Positions 19,111-28,648 of a stretch of DNA of 64,000 bases are shown one piece after another. The DNA is from Candidatus Tectimicrobiota bacterium (GTDB lineage Bacteria > JACPUC01). Location: the NCBI GenBank assembly GCA_016192455.1, contig JACPUC010000008.1, positions 124,001 to 188,000 of the forward strand, in the 5' to 3' direction. The notes under the pieces are model-generated. The model did not search any database. It was given only the letters and a program-made list of their open reading frames with translations, and was not told where the DNA came from. Within the stretch, counting starts at the first letter, position 1. Each line of letters opens with the position of its first letter. The position numbers and the translations under genes were made by a program.

Positions 19111-19721
19111 GTGACGTAGCATCGCACAGCGTCGCCTACGCGGCGGAATCTCCACTGACCCCGGAGAGCTGGGGGAAGCTCGGCATGTGGGTGTTCCTCG
19201 CCGGCGACGCCATGATGTTCGGCGCCTTGCTCGCCGGTTACGGCGCGCTCCGGTATGGCAGCCTCACCTGGCCCGTCCCGGCGCACGTTTTGGGCATCTC
19301 CCTCACCGCCTTCATGACGTTCCTGCTCATTTGCAGCAGCGTGACGATGGTCAAGGCCCTGGAAGCCATCCGCATGGGCAAACCTGAGCGGATGCGCAAT
19401 TTCCTCCTCCTGACGATGCTGGGCGGGGCGATCTTCCTGGGTCTGCAGGCGTATGAGTGGAACCACCTCATCCACACAGGGCTCGGGTTCAGCGGCAACC
19501 CATGGGGCGGCGCGCTCTTCGGCACCACGTTCTTCATCATCACCGGGTTCCATGGCATGCACGTCACGGGCGGGGTGATCTACCTCGGCATCGTCATGCT
19601 GCGCGGCGTCGGGGGCCACTACAGCGCCGCACGCTATCAACCCGTCGAGGTGGCTGGGCTTTACTGGCATTTCGTCGATCTCGTCTGGATCATGGTCTTC
19701 ACCTTCATCTATCTCTTGTAA
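19107..19721 (+). CDS. Cytochrome c oxidase subunit III family protein (second copy)
   Basis: KLGMWVFLAGDAMMF, TGFHGMHV and GLYWHFVDLVW. Confidence 0.92.
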   Translation: MSDVASHSVAYAAESPLTPESWGKLGMWVFLAGDAMMFGALLAGYGALRYGSLTWPVPAHVLGISLTAFMTFLLICSSVTMVKALEAIRMGKPERMRNFLLLTMLGGAIFLGLQAYEWNHLIHTGLGFSGNPWGGALFGTTFFIITGFHGMHVTGGVIYLGIVMLRGVGGHYSAARYQPVEVAGLYWHFVDLVWIMVFTFIYLL

Positions 19722-19807
19722 GGCTAGGGGGGCCCACGGTCCCGGCCATGGCAGGCCGGCGACTTCGGCCGTCACCCCAAGCAGCGCTACCATCGGGAGA
19801 GGTAACC

Positions 19808-20143
19808 ATGGCGACGCACTCCAAGGCAGAGCGGCATCATCCGAACTACATGGCCATCTTCTGGTGGCTCTTGGGGCTTACCATCGGGGAGGTCATCGCC
19901 GTCCTCCTTCCCCTCCCCCGTTCGATGGTGGTCGTGCTCCTTGTCGGCTTCGCCCTCTCGAAGGCGACGCTCGTGGCGATGTACTTCATGCACCTGCGCT
20001 TCGAGCGCGTGCCCCTCGGTGTGATCGCGGTCACGCCGTTGATCCTCTGCGTCTTCCTGGTCCTGATGCTGCTTCCCGACCTCTCCACCGAGACGCAGCC
20101 GTCCAACGTCCCGACCCAGAAGGTCATCATTCAGCAGAAGTAG
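19808..20143 (+). CDS. Cytochrome c oxidase subunit IV family protein
   Basis: Y..IF..L..LT..EV and KATLVAMYFMHLRFE; GAGG RBS. Confidence 0.88.
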   Translation: MATHSKAERHHPNYMAIFWWLLGLTIGEVIAVLLPLPRSMVVVLLVGFALSKATLVAMYFMHLRFERVPLGVIAVTPLILCVFLVLMLLPDLSTETQPSNVPTQKVIIQQK

Positions 20144-20154
20144 GGTCCATCGCC

Positions 20155-21072
20155 ATGTCCCACCAGGAACGCAGCGAGGCACTCCCCACTCCCAGGCAGA
20201 CTCCGGACGGGCAGCGGAGCTGGCAGGAGAAGGTCCTGCTTCCCCTGGTGGTTCTCATCCTCGTGCTGCTGCTCGGCGTCGGCGCCTGGAGGATGTTCAG
20301 CAAGGCCGCAACGCTGCGCGCCGCGCAGCTCGCCCGAGACACCTCCCTGCCGGCGTATGGCAGGGTCCCCCCTTTCATGCTCCTGGAACGCACGGGACAG
20401 CCGCTCGATCTGGCTGACCTCATCGGCAAGGTGTGGATCGCCGACTTCATCTACACCCGCTGCGAGCTCGAGTGCCCGCTCGCCAGCGCGCGCCTGGCGC
20501 AGCTCCAGGATCGTTTCCACGAGGAGGCCGATCTGCGGCTCGTCTCCTTCAGCGTCGACCCGGAGTACGACACGCCTGCCGTTCTGCTGGCCTATGCGCG
20601 GCGCTTCCACGCCGATCCCCAACGCTGGCTCTTCCTGACCGGTGAGAAGGAGGCGATCCGGACCCTCATCCGCGACGGGTTCAAGCTCAGCTTAGGGGAA
20701 AGGGACGATGACCGCGCCGGGGGAGAAAGGACCTCCGTGAACGGCGCCGTCCGGCCCGGCTTCAGCGCAGCGCGGCGTGGCGCCGAGGGGACCTCGAGGA
20801 TGGCAGCGCAGCCTCGCGTCGGGCGCGGGTGGGAGCGCGCCTGGCGGAAGCTGGGCGAGGTGCGGAGCGCCTTGTCACCGGCGGTCGCCTGGGCCCACGA
20901 GGGACATGGACCCTCCATCAAGCACACCGCTCCCACCGCGCAGGTGACCCATAGCAGCCGCTTCGTGCTTGTTGACCGACAGGCCAGGATACGCGGCTAC
21001 TACCACAGTAACGACCCGGATGCGCTGCGCCGCCTGATCGACGACGCCGAGCGGCTCCTGCGGCAACGGTAA
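20155..21072 (+). CDS. SCO family copper chaperone with a long internal insertion
   Basis: TM anchor, FIYTRCELECP (CxxxC), SVDPEYDTP and HSSRFVLVD. Confidence 0.9.
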   Translation: MSHQERSEALPTPRQTPDGQRSWQEKVLLPLVVLILVLLLGVGAWRMFSKAATLRAAQLARDTSLPAYGRVPPFMLLERTGQPLDLADLIGKVWIADFIYTRCELECPLASARLAQLQDRFHEEADLRLVSFSVDPEYDTPAVLLAYARRFHADPQRWLFLTGEKEAIRTLIRDGFKLSLGERDDDRAGGERTSVNGAVRPGFSAARRGAEGTSRMAAQPRVGRGWERAWRKLGEVRSALSPAVAWAHEGHGPSIKHTAPTAQVTHSSRFVLVDRQARIRGYYHSNDPDALRRLIDDAERLLRQR

Positions 21073-21074
21073 CC

Positions 21075-21503
21075 GTGTTCTCCCTTTCCAATCTCCCCAC
21101 CGTCAACGCCGTTCTCAACAGCGCGAGCGCCATTCTGCTTTGCGCCGGCTACCTCTGCATCCGGCGGCGGCGCATCACCGCGCACAAGAGCTGCATGATC
21201 GCCGCCTTTGTGGTCTCGCTCCTCTTCCTCGTTTCGTACCTGACGTACCACTACCAGGTTGGGTCCAAATCGTTCGCGGGCGAAGGAGCCGTCCGCCTCG
21301 TCTACTTCGTCATCCTCATCTCGCACACGCTGTTTGCGGCGGCGGTCGTGCCGCTGGTACTCGTCACCCTGCGGCGCGCCTTGCGCGGCCAGTTCCCGCG
21401 CCACTTGCGCATCGCCCGCGTGACGCTCCCCATCTGGCTGTACGTCTCCGTGACGGGAGTGGTGGTGTACGTCTTGCTGTACCACATCTATGGCTACCGC
21501 TGA
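21075..21503 (+). CDS. DUF420 family protein (CtaM/YozB-like)
   Basis: LPTVNAVLN, AHK.CM, FLVSYL.YH, SH..A and WLYVSVTGVVVY. Confidence 0.9.
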   Translation: MFSLSNLPTVNAVLNSASAILLCAGYLCIRRRRITAHKSCMIAAFVVSLLFLVSYLTYHYQVGSKSFAGEGAVRLVYFVILISHTLFAAAVVPLVLVTLRRALRGQFPRHLRIARVTLPIWLYVSVTGVVVYVLLYHIYGYR

Positions 21504-21653
21504 GCGCGGCGGCAGGCGAAGAGACACGAAAGCCGCGGCCCGTGTTGTGGGCCGCGGCTCTCCGGCGCCGCACCTCCTCGCACCGTTCACGCCGCGCGCG
21601 CCCCCGCGGCTGGCGCCCGGCCGCCTCAGCGCGGGGGGTGTCCGCGGGCGCCG

Positions 21654-21968
21654 CTAATGCGCGGCAACCGTCCTCCTCGCCTCACGCACCTTCATCTCGC
21701 TCTCCGGCAGTTCCACGCACTCCTGCTCACATCCCTGACGCTGCGGCCAGAGGGAGCAGTTCTCCACCTCGAGGACGGAGTCTCCGAAGGCGGCGGTCAC
21801 CGCGGCCTTGCGCGCGTCGATGTTCACCTCCACCGTCTCTCCCGTCTCGGGACACCGCAGGAGACGCTTCTTGCGATAGCTCGACCAGGCGCCCGCGACC
21901 ACCGGCAGCAGCACATAGAGAGCCCCCAAGGCGAGAACTGCGAGGATGACGTAGACTGGATACCTCAC
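21654..21968 (-). CDS. Small membrane-anchored Cys-rich hypothetical protein
   Basis: AAGGAG RBS, N-terminal TM helix, CPETG...CSLWP...C...C. Confidence 0.7.
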   Translation of the reverse strand: MRYPVYVILAVLALGALYVLLPVVAGAWSSYRKKRLLRCPETGETVEVNIDARKAAVTAAFGDSVLEVENCSLWPQRQGCEQECVELPESEMKVREARRTVAAH

Positions 21969-22379
21969 CGTGCACTCCTTTCCCCGAGCTTGTCCCTCCG
22001 GTCCATGCTGGACCTATGCACTCGGTCGGCAGAGGGGTGCGCGGGAGGGTGCTCGGCTCCTCCCGGCGCAGCCTCCACTCCGCCTCCGCACGACCCACGG
22101 GAATGCGCCACCGCCTCGATCGTGAGATCTTCGCACTATAACATTCAGCCTCGCCCTCCTCTCCGCAAGCCTTTCATGCAAGGGCTGCCGCGGGACGCCC
22201 GGCAGCGCAGCCGCTCCACCACCAAGGGAGCCGACCAGGAGGCAGGGAGACGCCGGCGGCGAGCCGGCGCCTCCTCCCTGTTCGGCGCGAGGTATGCTAG
22301 GATCGGTCGGTTCGCAAAAAATCCTGGAATGCACGCCGAGGCCATGCCGACCCCCACGCCCTGCAAGGAACCCCCTCCC

Positions 22380-23354
22380 GTGAGTGATGCCGCCGCGATC
22401 GAGGTCGAGAACCTGCGCCACCGCTATGGCAAACGCGAGGCCCTGGCGGGCGTGAGCCTGCGGGTCGCTGAGCGCGACATCGTGAGCTTACTGGGTCCGA
22501 ATGGAAGTGGCAAGACGACCCTGTTCAAGATCCTCTCCACGCTGCTTCCCCCCGTCGCAGGCTCGGTGCGCATCTTCGGCCATGACGTGGCTCGCCAGCC
22601 ACACGCCGTGCGGCGCTGCCTGGGAATCGTCTTCCAGCATCCGAGCCTGGACCCCAAGCTCACCGTGCGCGAGAACCTGCTCCACCAGGGACACCTCTAC
22701 GGCCTCCATGGACGACCCCTGCGCCTTCGCCTCGAGGGGTTGCTGGCCGAGTTCGGCTTGGCGGAGCGCGGCGCGGACCTCGTCGCTACGCTCTCAGGAG
22801 GGCTGCAGCGGCGCGTCGAGCTGGCGAAGGCGCTCCTCCACGAGCCCCGGCTGCTGCTCCTGGACGAGCCGAGCACCGGCCTCGATCCCGGCGCGCGGCA
22901 CGACCTCACGAGGATGCTGCAGCGCGTCCGCCACGAGCGCGGCGCGACGATCCTGCTCACGACGCATATCCTCGACGACGCCGAGCAGAGCGATCGCGTG
23001 GGGATCATCGATCAGGGCCGCGTCATCGCGGAGGGGACCCCAGCGGAGCTGAAAGCGCGCGTCGGAGGAGACGTCATCAGCCTGCTGGCCGCGCGGCCCG
23101 ACGCGCTGCTGGAGAAGCTGCGCGCGCGTTTCGCCTGCGAGGCGGTGCTCGTCGACGGGATGGTGCGGATTGAACGGGCGCAGGGACATGAGTTCGTGCG
23201 GGATGTGGTGGAGGCGTTTCCCGAGGAGGTGCAGTCCATCACCTTCGGCAAGCCGACGCTCGAAGACGTCTTCGTCCATCTGACGGGGCACCGGTTGTGG
23301 CTGGCGCAGGAGGGGGGAGATCGGCAGGGACGGGTTCAGGGAGGCTCGCCGTGA
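22380..23354 (+). CDS. ABC exporter ATP-binding protein (DrrA/NodI-like)
   Basis: GPNGSGKTT, LSGG, LLDEP, TTH and PTLEDVF; start trimmed to GTG 22380. Confidence 0.9.
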   Translation: MSDAAAIEVENLRHRYGKREALAGVSLRVAERDIVSLLGPNGSGKTTLFKILSTLLPPVAGSVRIFGHDVARQPHAVRRCLGIVFQHPSLDPKLTVRENLLHQGHLYGLHGRPLRLRLEGLLAEFGLAERGADLVATLSGGLQRRVELAKALLHEPRLLLLDEPSTGLDPGARHDLTRMLQRVRHERGATILLTTHILDDAEQSDRVGIIDQGRVIAEGTPAELKARVGGDVISLLAARPDALLEKLRARFACEAVLVDGMVRIERAQGHEFVRDVVEAFPEEVQSITFGKPTLEDVFVHLTGHRLWLAQEGGDRQGRVQGGSP

Positions 23355-24136
23355 AGCATCACTTCTTGACCGTGATGACCCTCTGGCGGCGCGAGATAGT
23401 GCGCTTCGCGCGCCAACGCAGCCGGGTCACCGGAGCCTTTGCGCAGCCGCTGGTGTTCTGGATTCTGCTCGGCGGTGGTCTGCGCGCCTCCTTCCGGCCC
23501 CCCGGCCTGCCGGACGGCATGAGTTCGGTGGAGTACTTCTACCCCGGCATCATCGCCCTGATGCTGCTCTTCACGGCGATCTTCTCGACCATCTCCGTGG
23601 TCGAGGACCGCCAGGCCGGCTTTCTGCAAGGCGTGCTCGTCGCTCCGGTGAGCCGCGCGGCCGTGGTCCTAGGGCAGGCCCTCGGCTCGACCACCCTCGC
23701 CATGCTCCAGGGACTGCTCTTCCTCGTCCTGGCGCCGATCGCCGGCGTGCCGCTGACGCCCCTCTCGGCGCTGGCGGCGCTGGCGGTCATGCTCATCATG
23801 GCGTTCAGCCTCAGCAACCTCGGCCTGACGATCGCCTGGCGGATGACCTCCACGCAGGGCTTCCACGCCATCATGAACTTGCTCCTGCTGCCCCTCTGGC
23901 TGCTCTCAGGCGCTTTCTTTCCCGCCACTGGTGCGCCCTGGTGGATCGCCTGGATCATGACGGTCGATCCGCTCACTTACGGGATTACGCTTTTGCGGCG
24001 GGCGTTCTACCTTGCCAATCCCGTGGCGGCAGGTCAGCTTCCGCCGGCCGCGATCTCCCTTGGCATTACCCTCCTCTTCTGCTGCGTCGCCGCCGCGGCC
24101 GCGGTCGGCTCGGCGCGGCGCAGCACGGTCCGCTGA
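23351..24136 (+). CDS. ABC-2 type permease
   Basis: Six TM helices, DRQAGFL, SGAFFP and PLTY; GTGA overlap with the ATPase gene. Confidence 0.9.
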   Translation: MKHHFLTVMTLWRREIVRFARQRSRVTGAFAQPLVFWILLGGGLRASFRPPGLPDGMSSVEYFYPGIIALMLLFTAIFSTISVVEDRQAGFLQGVLVAPVSRAAVVLGQALGSTTLAMLQGLLFLVLAPIAGVPLTPLSALAALAVMLIMAFSLSNLGLTIAWRMTSTQGFHAIMNLLLLPLWLLSGAFFPATGAPWWIAWIMTVDPLTYGITLLRRAFYLANPVAAGQLPPAAISLGITLLFCCVAAAAAVGSARRSTVR

Positions 24137-24155
24137 GAGGAGCCGCGGCCGTACC

Positions 24156-25373
24156 TCAGGCTGCCCCGGCATGGAGGTCGGCGTAGAGACGCGCGTAGGC
24201 CGCCACCCCGGCCTCGAGGTCGAAGTGCTTCGCGGCCGCGCCGACACAGCGCTGCGAAATGTCCGGCTCCTCCGTCAGGGCGAGGAGGCGCGCCAGACCG
24301 TGGCGCATCGCCTCGGGCGTGAACTCGCGGATCGCCACCCCGACCCGCTCCCCTTCCAAAATCTCTTCCACATCCCCCACCCCCGCGTTGCTGAGGCAGG
24401 GAATGCCGCAGCTCAGGAACTCGCCGAGCACCGTGGGCGCCGAGGCGAGCTTGGAGAAGACCGGTTTGATGAAGAAGACGCCGGCATGCATGCGCCCCAT
24501 CTCGCGGGGGACGTCGGGGTAGTCCACGGCCTTCACCTCCACCTGCGAGGAGGGCGCCGCGTGCGCCGCGAGGCGGTCGCGGATAAATTCGTGGGCATCA
24601 CGGTTGAGGATGAGGAAGCGCGCTCGCGGCTGCATCGAGAGGAGGAGCGCGAAGCAGGCCGCGGTGGCCTCGAACTGGTACCAGAGACCCACCGCGCCGA
24701 CATGCCCAAGCGTGAAGGGCTCGCCGGCCGCGCCCGGCGGCCGCCGGGGCTCTGCGCAGGTTTGAGGTTTGAAGAGGCCGCGGTTCGTGCACGTTGGAAT
24801 CACCGCGAACCGAGGCGCGCGAACCTCCAGGCAGGGAAACCGACGCATCGCCTCAACGCCCGCATGGGTGAGGGAGACGACCGCATCGGCATGCGTGAGG
24901 AAGCGGCGCTCCCACCACTTGGCCAGGCGATACAGCCTGCCCCCCTTCGGCCACAGCCCTCCCTCCACGCGCTCGTCAGCCCAGAAGCCGCGCATATCGA
25001 AGAGGAAGCGCGCGCCGAAAAGTTTTTTCATCGCCAGGGCGAGCAGCGCGGCCACGTAGCTGCGGGCATGCACGACGCGGATGCGGTAGAGCAGCACGAT
25101 GGCGCCGCAGACGAGCAGGCCGCGCAGCAGATCATAGCTCGTGGCGATGGGCGAGATTCGTTTATGGTAGCGGAGCGGAATCCAGCGAACGCCAGCCTTG
25201 CGAACCTGCTCCTCGATGGCGCGGCGCTTCGTGGTCTGCCGCCAGTCCGCGCGCTTCTCGAAGGTCAGCAGGGTAAGCGGGTAGCGCGCCGCCAGCCTAG
25301 TGACGTACTGGAGGACCTGCGACTGGCCCAACGGCTCCAGCAGGCCGTCATAGCTGATGTAGAGGATCGCCAC
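24156..25373 (-). CDS. Glycosyltransferase family 4
   Basis: YDGLLEPLGQSQV, HARSY, FDMRGFWADE and E.L.CG.P. Confidence 0.88.
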   Translation of the reverse strand: MAILYISYDGLLEPLGQSQVLQYVTRLAARYPLTLLTFEKRADWRQTTKRRAIEEQVRKAGVRWIPLRYHKRISPIATSYDLLRGLLVCGAIVLLYRIRVVHARSYVAALLALAMKKLFGARFLFDMRGFWADERVEGGLWPKGGRLYRLAKWWERRFLTHADAVVSLTHAGVEAMRRFPCLEVRAPRFAVIPTCTNRGLFKPQTCAEPRRPPGAAGEPFTLGHVGAVGLWYQFEATAACFALLLSMQPRARFLILNRDAHEFIRDRLAAHAAPSSQVEVKAVDYPDVPREMGRMHAGVFFIKPVFSKLASAPTVLGEFLSCGIPCLSNAGVGDVEEILEGERVGVAIREFTPEAMRHGLARLLALTEEPDISQRCVGAAAKHFDLEAGVAAYARLYADLHAGAA

Positions 25374-25427
25374 CTCGCCACCACCTCCCGGGTTGCCGGC
25401 CGCCGCGGAGAGAGGAGCGGCACGCCC

Positions 25428-26891
25428 CTACGGCAGGCGCCGCAGGCCAGGCAGCTCCCGGAAGCCGAGCACGACCCCCGCCGCCTTATAGCTGGAGGTC
25501 TTCAGGATGAAGCTCTCGTTGATGAGGAGCTCCTTGCCGTTGAAGGTGTAGGTTCCTTCCGAATTGACCGGCGCATGGGCCTCCACGTGCAGCAGGGCTC
25601 TGACATCCCGGCGTTCAGGCGCCCGTTCAGGGAACATGGTGCCCGGCGGCAGCGCCGAAGGCTGGCGCGAGATGACGCGCACCACGCGCGCCCGCAAGGG
25701 ATCCTTGTCGCTGTAGCCAATATCGCCGGCCCCGATGACCTCCGCCAAGGAGGGGATGAGGTTCTCGAAGTTAACGTCCACCTCCAGCACCTTAACCCTG
25801 CCGGTGAGCAGCGCCTGCATGCTCGCCTCCACCTCATACTTGGAGGTCGTGAAGGTGAAGGGGACTCCCTCCTCGAGCAGCGTACCGCGGTAGACCGGCG
25901 GCGTGCCGAGATCGAGGGCAAGGCGCATGCGCACGAGGAGGTCGCGCCGGACATCGCCGGAGGCAACCTCGCGCCCCCGTCCGGACGGCAGCCATGGCTT
26001 GGTCCCGCTTGGCCGCTCCCCCACGATGTCGAGCACCTCGGCGACGACGGTGCCGCGCTCCTCCCGCTGCGCGTCGCCCACGGCGATTTGCGCCACCAGG
26101 CCAGCCGGCAGGTGACTCCACACCGTCAGGAACTCGGCGGCAAGACCGCCCTGAACCGGCGGAAAGCCGAGGACCTTGCCGCTGATCGCGTGTCGGGGCA
26201 TCTGGAGGGTGAGGGGGGCGTTCACCTCCAGCGGCTTGTCGCCGAACAGGAGCCGCCCGTCCCGGTAGGACGCGAGCAGGTGCAGCCTCAGAGTCACGTC
26301 GAAGTGCTCGGGCACGGCGCGCTCGAAGAACTGCTCTTTGCCGAGACGAATCCGTTCGACGGCCGGCCGGAACCTCCCCAGACGCTGGAGCCGCGCCACT
26401 TCCTGGCCATCGCGATCCTGAAAGACCTGGCCCGGCGTGAGGAAGGCGCGATCTTCCGCGCGCAGCATTTGGAATCTGACAAAGGCATCAACCTCGATAT
26501 CAGGCTTGACGAGGCGCGCGAACTTCATGGCCGACTTGGCGGTGAGCCCATTCGGATTCATGACGAGAACGTCATGCTCCCCAGGAGGAAGCTCGGCAGC
26601 CGGCAACTCCACGGAGATGGCTCGCCCATCGGCGGGCGTTTTCGGCGTCAAGGTCAGCGGTCCAACGCGAACCTGGAGGGGTGGGTAAAAGTTCTCTCCC
26701 CGAATGGTGAGGGTGATCACATCGTTGGAGGATGAACGCGCCGGGTGAATCGAGACGATCTTGGGCGTCTCCACGTTCAGGACGCGGAAGGCGACGACCC
26801 CAAGGGGAATGAGTGCAGCCAGGATCACCAGCACGCAGGCGTCCAGCAGGTTCACCTTGCCGAGAAGTCTGCCGTGTCGATCAACGATCAT
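25428..26891 (-). CDS. DUF4330-like protein with an IPT/TIG domain and three internal repeats
   Basis: D..GRL.GKVNLLD N-terminus plus TM helix; IPT-like segment (GENF...V.NPNG); three repeated beta-rich units. Confidence 0.7.
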   Translation of the reverse strand: MIVDRHGRLLGKVNLLDACVLVILAALIPLGVVAFRVLNVETPKIVSIHPARSSSNDVITLTIRGENFYPPLQVRVGPLTLTPKTPADGRAISVELPAAELPPGEHDVLVMNPNGLTAKSAMKFARLVKPDIEVDAFVRFQMLRAEDRAFLTPGQVFQDRDGQEVARLQRLGRFRPAVERIRLGKEQFFERAVPEHFDVTLRLHLLASYRDGRLLFGDKPLEVNAPLTLQMPRHAISGKVLGFPPVQGGLAAEFLTVWSHLPAGLVAQIAVGDAQREERGTVVAEVLDIVGERPSGTKPWLPSGRGREVASGDVRRDLLVRMRLALDLGTPPVYRGTLLEEGVPFTFTTSKYEVEASMQALLTGRVKVLEVDVNFENLIPSLAEVIGAGDIGYSDKDPLRARVVRVISRQPSALPPGTMFPERAPERRDVRALLHVEAHAPVNSEGTYTFNGKELLINESFILKTSSYKAAGVVLGFRELPGLRRLP

Positions 26892-27063
26892 GTCGAGGGT
26901 AACATCCTTGCCTGCCGATCAGGCAGGCCTGTTCGCTGGCGGGCATCCCACCCGGCCCAGCGGTCGAGCGTGCCTGGCGCGTCGAGGGCGCCCATCCCGA
27001 GGTGACGCAGCACGCGAAACTTCACCTCAGTTCCCGCGCGTCAGGGCGTCGGCCCTGTCATCT

Positions 27064-28470
27064 TCATCCTGCCGAGTCCTCATCCCTTCCCAGACCGCAG
27101 AGGAGGCGGGTGATCCCGGCAGCTCCAAAGAGGAGCACGAAGGGCGTGATCATGTCGCGATGGCGGAACGCAGTGCCGACATTGCCGCTGGCCAGCGCAA
27201 TAACGGAGATGAAGGAGAAGAGAACGAGCGGAAAACCCCACGCGCCAGCCGCGCCGATCCGCACCACACACATCAACCCCAGGCCTGCAAGGGGGAGGAG
27301 CAGATACCAGAAGAGATTCTGCGGCATGACCGCCTTCTCGCGCAGGCTCTCCGCATTCCAGACGAACGGTTCCAACAAGAAATGCCACCAGGCCCGTGCG
27401 AAAGCTTTGAGCACCTCGAACGCGGAGACATCAAGCGCCCCAAGATCACTGGTGTAGTACCTCGGATCGTCGTAGAGATGGTAGATCTGACCTCCCGTAC
27501 TCACCACGCCACGGTGGTAGTTGATAAGATTCTTCACTTCACCGCCAAGCCGTTGCGTCGTCGCCTGGCGAAGCGGCCCAACGAACAAAAGAAGCAGCGC
27601 CAACCCCAGCAGGATGGCGACCTTTACCTTCAGCCTCATTCCGAGTTCGAAGAAGGAGGCAAGGAGGAGCGCCGCCGCGAGAACCGCCACGAGCCCTGTC
27701 CTCAAGGTGTGCGTCAAGAGAACGAGGAGTCCGCCGATCACCACCACCCTGGCGACGCGAAAGTTTCGACAGACTCTCGTGTACAAGAGCATGATAACGC
27801 CCACCAAGAAGATGCGCAGGGCCTCCTTCAGATTCGTGATCGACCACATCACCAACGACGGCCAGAGCAGCACGAGAAAGAACGTGAAGCGTGCAACCAA
27901 TCTGCCGAAGTACTGCCTCGCAATCGCGTAGAAAACGACGCCCGTCGTGCTTGCCAGCATGGCGTTGAAGACCTTACTGGCTATTGGACTATAGCCGAAC
28001 AAATAGTAGAGAATCCCCAGCAGCTTCATGTTGATCGAATATCCGTAGTAGTCTCGATGCATCATGTAGCCAATGGACGAACCATGAACAAGCGGTTGCG
28101 ACTCACCCGAAGCATACTCCGCATACAATCTGCCCCACAAAGTGATGAACTCCTGATCGCCGATACCCAGCACATCTTCACTCACGGAAGTTGACAGCTC
28201 ATAGTACGAAAAGAGGAGAATTAGCGTCGTGCGGGCCGCCATACTTACAAGCAGAAGGATGAGCACGAAGCTTCGCTCGTCCTCCTCGATGAAGTAAGCA
28301 ACCATTGTCACAAGGACGAGAGTGGCGGCAAAAACGAGACTCGTTCCGGCCGGCGAGATGAAGAGTGCAATTCCAGTGGCGGCGCCAAGACAGAAGAGCC
28401 ATGCGAAGGTCCTGCCGGAGCGGGGAAGAACTCCTCGAACAAGTCTCTCTCCGTGCAGCGCCTGATTCAT
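27064..28470 (-). CDS. Polytopic membrane protein, GT-C/Wzy-like
   Basis: Many TM helices, PSLVMWS..LKE and N.GTAFRHR C-terminal motif; GGAGG RBS. Confidence 0.7.
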   Translation of the reverse strand: MNQALHGERLVRGVLPRSGRTFAWLFCLGAATGIALFISPAGTSLVFAATLVLVTMVAYFIEEDERSFVLILLLVSMAARTTLILLFSYYELSTSVSEDVLGIGDQEFITLWGRLYAEYASGESQPLVHGSSIGYMMHRDYYGYSINMKLLGILYYLFGYSPIASKVFNAMLASTTGVVFYAIARQYFGRLVARFTFFLVLLWPSLVMWSITNLKEALRIFLVGVIMLLYTRVCRNFRVARVVVIGGLLVLLTHTLRTGLVAVLAAALLLASFFELGMRLKVKVAILLGLALLLLFVGPLRQATTQRLGGEVKNLINYHRGVVSTGGQIYHLYDDPRYYTSDLGALDVSAFEVLKAFARAWWHFLLEPFVWNAESLREKAVMPQNLFWYLLLPLAGLGLMCVVRIGAAGAWGFPLVLFSFISVIALASGNVGTAFRHRDMITPFVLLFGAAGITRLLCGLGRDEDSAG

Positions 28471-28648
28471 CCCCTCCTCCCGCATCATCGCCGAAGAGCG
28501 GCACGCGCCGCGGTGCTCATCTTCGCCGTTGACCCAGCCGTGCGCCCGCCTGCGGGAGCGGCGCCGGATCGTTCTGCCGCTTTGTCCCGATTCCTCAAGC
28601 TGTGTCGCTGCTGGAACCAGGGCGGCGGCGAAAAGGCAGCAAGGGCGC

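Noticed and set aside
15760-19721. CtaA lacking the Cys pair and duplicated subunit III as novelties
   Set aside because: Both are familiar variants in cox operons of several phyla.
24012-26735. 907-aa plus-strand ORF
   Set aside because: Antisense shadow of the GT4 and DUF4330 genes in GC-rich DNA; no recognisable motifs.
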